DNA of 53,138 nucleotides from Candidatus Dormiibacterota bacterium (GTDB lineage: Bacteria > Chloroflexota > Dormibacteria > Dormibacterales > Dormibacteraceae), in the NCBI GenBank assembly GCA_036833175.1, contig DAITQH010000001.1:1-53138 (forward strand). The letters run 5' to 3'. The translations under genes and the position numbers were made by a program. Shown one piece after another: positions 49,526 through 53,138 of the stretch (its first letter is position 1; each line of letters starts with the position of its first letter). A model generated the notes under the pieces. The model was given only the letters and a program-made list of their open reading frames with translations, had not been told where the DNA came from and did no database searches.

Positions 49526-50580
49526 TAAATCAAGATCTCCTTCAGGGCTTCGAGGAGTCGTTCGTGCTGGTCTCGCGTGCCAACCGTGATCCGGAACCAG
49601 CCCGCGATCGGGTCACGATCGTAATAGCGGACGAGGATCCGCTGCTCGCGCAGCGCGTCCACGACAGCAGCCGCCACATTGCCCGCGGCGGGCTTGACGA
49701 AGACGAAGTTGGCTTCCGACGGCGAGTGTTCGAACCCAAGCTCGTGCAGCTGAAGCTCCAACCAGCGGCGCTCGGCAACGACGTGGTCGACGATCTTGCG
49801 GTGGTGCTCCTCGTCCTGGATCGCCGCAGTGGCCGCAACGATGGCAAGCCGGTCCAGGTTGTACGAGTCCTTGACCGCATCGAGCGCCGCGATCAGCTCG
49901 GGGCTTCCGAGCGCGAAGCCGATCCGCATGCCCGCCAGCGCGTAGGACTTGGACATGGTCCGCAGAATCAAGAGGTTGTCGTGCTTCGCCAGCAGCCCGA
50001 CCTGTGACTCGAAGGCGAAATCCACGTACGCCTCATCCAGCACGACCACGCCTTTGGACCGCACCAGGGCGCGCGCGACCGACGGGCCGGCGTGCCAGGT
50101 TCCGGTGGGCGAGTTTGGATTGACCAGGAACTTCAGAGGAGCCGGGTCGTCCATGAGCTCGGTGGACCATGTGAACATCTCGCCGGTCGGGCTGGGCGAA
50201 GGGACCGCCTCGTGCAGGCGGACCAGAGGCTCCAGCAACGGATAGGTCGGAGTCGGAAATGCGACGCGGTCGCCGGCGCCTACGAAAGCGCGCAGGCACA
50301 TCTCGATCAGCTCATCGGCGCCGTTTCCAAGGGTGACCTGCGCCGGATCCACGCCGAAGTGCTTTGCGATGGCCTGGCGCGCAGGCGCCGCCGTTGGGCT
50401 GGGATAGAGGCGGAGCGACTCGTCGGTCGCTCCCTTGATCGCCTCGATCACCTTGGGCGAAGGCGGAAAAGGCGACTCGTTCGTGTTGAGCTTGACCCAG
50501 CCTTCGCCGTCGGGCGGCTGCTCGCCCGGTACGTATGGGTGGAAGCCGGCGAGGCTCTTTCTCAGGAAGCTTTTCGACAT
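49525..50580 (-). CDS. hisC: Histidinol-phosphate aminotransferase
   Basis: 351 aa. Motifs LNTNESPFPPSP and VVLDEAYVDF, and the PLP lysine context TMSKSYALAGMRIG. Confidence 0.9.
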   Translation of the reverse strand: MSKSFLRKSLAGFHPYVPGEQPPDGEGWVKLNTNESPFPPSPKVIEAIKGATDESLRLYPSPTAAPARQAIAKHFGVDPAQVTLGNGADELIEMCLRAFVGAGDRVAFPTPTYPLLEPLVRLHEAVPSPSPTGEMFTWSTELMDDPAPLKFLVNPNSPTGTWHAGPSVARALVRSKGVVVLDEAYVDFAFESQVGLLAKHDNLLILRTMSKSYALAGMRIGFALGSPELIAALDAVKDSYNLDRLAIVAATAAIQDEEHHRKIVDHVVAERRWLELQLHELGFEHSPSEANFVFVKPAAGNVAAAVVDALREQRILVRYYDRDPIAGWFRITVGTRDQHERLLEALKEILI

Positions 50581-51512
50581 TCGAGAAGAAAAGTCTCAAG
50601 CGCGAGGCGTGGGCTGACGTTCTGCTCGAGGTAGCCGAGCGTGTCGTACGAGAGCTCGATGAGCCGGGCCCAGCGACCTTGCTCGCGACCGCGACTCGCC
50701 AGCATCCTCTTGCGCAGCTCGATCTGCCAGCTCGCGATGGCAAACAGTGCAGGGTCCTCGGCTTCACCCTCGTTCCGCCGCCAGGCCATCTGTCCAGCGT
50801 CAAGCTCCGCGGCCACCCGCAGCGGCACGTCTGCGGGAGCACCGAAAACCTCCACCAGGCGATGGGTCCACTCGCGGTTGAGCTCGATCACCCCCTCGTC
50901 GCCGGCCGCCCTTGCCGCCCAGCCGGGCCGCCCGCGCGCCAGCTCCGCGATTAGGCGCGCCCGGGCTGCGTCGACACCCTGGCCCACCAGCAGTTTCTCG
51001 ATCTCCGGAGCGGGCACCGGATGAAAGAACACGCGCTGGCAGCGCGACACGACGGTGGGCAGGACCACGAACGGGTTGAGGCTCGGCGTAGTGAGAAGGA
51101 TCACCCGATGCGGGTGCGGTTCTTCAAGCGTTTTCAGGAGCACGCTCTGGTCCTGGTCGCGCAGGCGCCCGACGTTCGCCAGGATGGCCACGCGGCGCGT
51201 GCCGATTGCAGGCTTGAGGTTCAGAAAAGCTTGGAGCGACAGCTCGTGGAACTCGGGAGGCTTCTCTGGAAGCAGCCGGATCTCGTTGATCGAGAGCGGC
51301 TTGATGCGGTCGTCCTCCCAGTAGTCGGGGTGGCGGGAAAGCGGTGCCTCGGGCAGCAGGTCGGCAGCCAGCAGCCGCGCGACGGTCGACTTGCCCAGGC
51401 CCGACTCGCCGACGAACAGGTAGGCGTGAGCCAGGCGGCCGCTCTCGAGCTGGGAACGCAGCTGGTCCAGGGCCTGGGATTGCCCGGCGACCGTCGAGAA
51501 CGGATCGGTCAC
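50562..51512 (-). CDS. holB: DNA polymerase III delta' subunit
   Basis: Start taken at GTG 51512 (GTGA overlap with the upstream stop). Motifs AHAYLFVGESGLGKSTVA and LLKTLEEPHPHRVILLTT. Confidence 0.8.
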   Translation of the reverse strand: MTDPFSTVAGQSQALDQLRSQLESGRLAHAYLFVGESGLGKSTVARLLAADLLPEAPLSRHPDYWEDDRIKPLSINEIRLLPEKPPEFHELSLQAFLNLKPAIGTRRVAILANVGRLRDQDQSVLLKTLEEPHPHRVILLTTPSLNPFVVLPTVVSRCQRVFFHPVPAPEIEKLLVGQGVDAARARLIAELARGRPGWAARAAGDEGVIELNREWTHRLVEVFGAPADVPLRVAAELDAGQMAWRRNEGEAEDPALFAIASWQIELRKRMLASRGREQGRWARLIELSYDTLGYLEQNVSPRLALETFLLECRKAS

Positions 51513-52174
51513 GGCGTCTGAGGCGGCGCGGCGCGGCGGGCTTTGGTCTCGCGCTCGATGGCGAGGCGCTGCGCCCGGCCCTGCAGCCACACCTCGCGGA
51601 TCCGCTGCAAAGCGGTCAGGTTGGTGAGGAGCGCGAGAAGGAATACGACCGCGTAGAGGACCCAGCCTCCCAAAACTCCAGAAAAGACGAGGCCAATCAC
51701 CGTCACCACCACGCGCTCCGGCCGCGCGAACAGCCCGGAGTTACAGACGAACCCGAGGCTCTGAGCGCGTGCCCTGACGTAGCTGACCAGGAACGAGCCG
51801 GCCAGCGCCGCCAGCGTCGCCAGCACGAGCCACCGTCCGAGCGTTCCGCCCATGGTGACGAAGTACGCGGTGAGCCCCGCGTAGATCGCGCCTTCCGAGT
51901 AGCGATCGAGCGTGGAGTCGAGGAACGCGCCGTATGGATAGCTCGCATTGGTCGACCGCGCCAGCGCTCCGTCGAGGATGTCGCACGTGCCCGCGAAGAT
52001 CAGGACCACACCTGCCCACTGCAAGTGGCCAAAGGCAATGAGCCCCGCGGCGACGAACGTGAGCACCACTCCTACGACCGTGACCTGGTTCGGCGTCAGC
52101 GGCACCCGGCCGATGGCCAACATCAGCCGTTCGGCCCTGCGGCGGACCCAGGCTTCAAACCGCGTCGTGAACAT
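51509..52174 (-). CDS. CDP-alcohol phosphatidyltransferase (PgsA / phosphatidylinositol-phosphate synthase-like)
   Basis: 221 aa. DG(x2)AR(x8)G(x3)D(x3)D motif in CDILDGALARSTNASYPYGAFLDSTLDRYSE. Confidence 0.8.
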   Translation of the reverse strand: MFTTRFEAWVRRRAERLMLAIGRVPLTPNQVTVVGVVLTFVAAGLIAFGHLQWAGVVLIFAGTCDILDGALARSTNASYPYGAFLDSTLDRYSEGAIYAGLTAYFVTMGGTLGRWLVLATLAALAGSFLVSYVRARAQSLGFVCNSGLFARPERVVVTVIGLVFSGVLGGWVLYAVVFLLALLTNLTALQRIREVWLQGRAQRLAIERETKARRAAPPQTP

Positions 52175-53138
52175 TGATCTCCTCAGCCTGAGACTGTTCG
52201 GATGCTGCGGCCTCGCGCGCTTCCTCGTACACGTCGATCACCTGGGCGGCGACAGCATCCCACGCGTAACGGCGCGCCTTCTCGTGTCCGTATGCGCCCA
52301 TGCGGGCCCTGAGCTCGGCGTCTCGAGCCAGGACGACCAGAGTCGCGCCCAGCTCGGCCCAGCCCTTGGGCCGGACGGTGAGGCTGTCGCGACCCGGCTC
52401 GAGCACCGACATGTAGCCCGGAACCTCGGTGGCCACCACCGGTACACCGGATGCCATCGCCTCCAGGAGCACGATGCCGAAGCTTTCGCCGCCGGTGGCC
52501 GGAGCACAGAAGATGTCCGCGCTGCTGTAGTACCGCGGCTTCACCGAGTCCGGGACAAAGCCCGCCATCACGACATTGGGAAGGCGATGGTGGGAGATGT
52601 ACGACTCGACCTGGCCCCGCAGCGGCCCGTCGCCGACGATGATGAGGCGGCTCTGCGGCACGCGCTCGCGCATGAACTCGTAGCCGCGCAGCAGGTCGCC
52701 GAGGCCCTTTCGTTTTTCGAGTCGCCCGACGAAGAGGATGTTGACGTTCTCGTCGCGAAGGTGACGGATCGGCGAAAGACCTGGCTTGAACACGTTGACG
52801 TCGATTCCGTTGGGGATGACGCGCAGGGGGAAGTCGGGGAAATAGCGGTTGAAGAACGTGCGCGCGGGCTCGCTGACCGCAATGCCGCGCTGGATGCGGT
52901 CCAGGTATGGCTGAAGGATCCCGCGGCCGTAGTAGTAGCCGATGTTGGACCGCGAGAATGCGTGGAAGGTGCCGACGTGTGCCGTCGTCGACATGCGAAG
53001 CATCGTGAGCGGCAGGGCCGGCATCAGGGGCTCGTGAAAGTGCAGCACGTCGAAGCGCTCTTGCTCGATGATCGCGGCGACTCGGTTGCCGAGGTGGAAG
53101 CTGAGCGTGATGCGCGCGACCGAGTCATTGGCCGGGAC
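52155..53138 (-). CDS. pimA: GT4 glycosyltransferase, PimA-like (phosphatidylinositol mannosyltransferase-like); 5' end lies outside the window
   Basis: The frame stays open to the right edge (own translation: VPANDSVARITLSFHLGNRVAAIIEQERFDVLHFHEPL...). The blocks FDVLHxHEP, IAVS, IPNGIDV and ADIFCAPATGGESFGIVLLEAMASGVPVVAT resemble mycobacterial PimA as I recall it. Confidence 0.7.
   Translation of the reverse strand, partial: VPANDSVARITLSFHLGNRVAAIIEQERFDVLHFHEPLMPALPLTMLRMSTTAHVGTFHAFSRSNIGYYYGRGILQPYLDRIQRGIAVSEPARTFFNRYFPDFPLRVIPNGIDVNVFKPGLSPIRHLRDENVNILFVGRLEKRKGLGDLLRGYEFMRERVPQSRLIIVGDGPLRGQVESYISHHRLPNVVMAGFVPDSVKPRYYSSADIFCAPATGGESFGIVLLEAMASGVPVVATEVPGYMSVLEPGRDSLTVRPKGWAELGATLVVLARDAELRARMGAYGHEKARRYAWDAVAAQVIDVYEEAREAAASEQSQAEEINVHDAV

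Overview
GC-rich bacterial chromosomal segment, very densely packed. I call about 58 protein genes, many joined by 1-4 nt start/stop overlaps. I saw no rRNA, tRNA, CRISPR array, transposase or phage genes. It reads as core chromosome rather than a defence or accessory island. Recognisable blocks, left to right: (1) acyltransferase fragment, Xer-type recombinase, cNMP-binding protein, methyltransferase, nitrilase; (2) a SufR-like regulator, NAD(P)HX epimerase and a reduced ligase-associated repair pair (beta-CASP/MBL exonuclease plus ATP-dependent DNA ligase), interrupted by two opposite-strand Cys-rich ORFs; (3) Na+/H+ antiporter, a GT87/DUF2029-like membrane protein, clpP; (4) a long minus-strand array: second GT87-like, MBL hydrolase, amidase, vWA protein, ATP-type pckA, SLOG-like protein, fused MoaD-MoaE; (5) acyl-CoA carboxyltransferase, GH15, DUF45, Zn-ADH, DUF72; (6) CHASE2 adenylate cyclase, Ser/Thr kinase, then a repair-flavoured cluster (YqeY, nth, SplB-like radical SAM, two unknown small ORFs); (7) a compact F420 operon (fgd-cofC-cofE-cofD); (8) birA, sirtuin, MFS, NUDIX, GAF-GGDEF, a MaoC-like gene, ispH; (9) a long minus-strand array ending in hisC, holB, a CDP-alcohol phosphatidyltransferase and a PimA-like GT4. 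I did not find a convincing self-contained novel multi-gene system. The most unusual things I can support are: a dispersed ~100-nt repeat family, including a 201-bp tandem duplication that carries a still-in-frame copy of the ADH 3' end; a chain of NTGA start/stop overlaps in the F420 operon that points to a CTG start for cofD; a MaoC-like gene with no canonical start, degenerate active-site motif and a poly-Arg tail; the split, Lhr-less ligase module with two Cys-rich ORFs; an amidase translationally coupled to a vWA protein that has no MoxR partner; a LysR HTH remnant; and convergent genes that usually share or overlap their stop codons. All functional calls come from reading the translations by eye. 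No database search was run.
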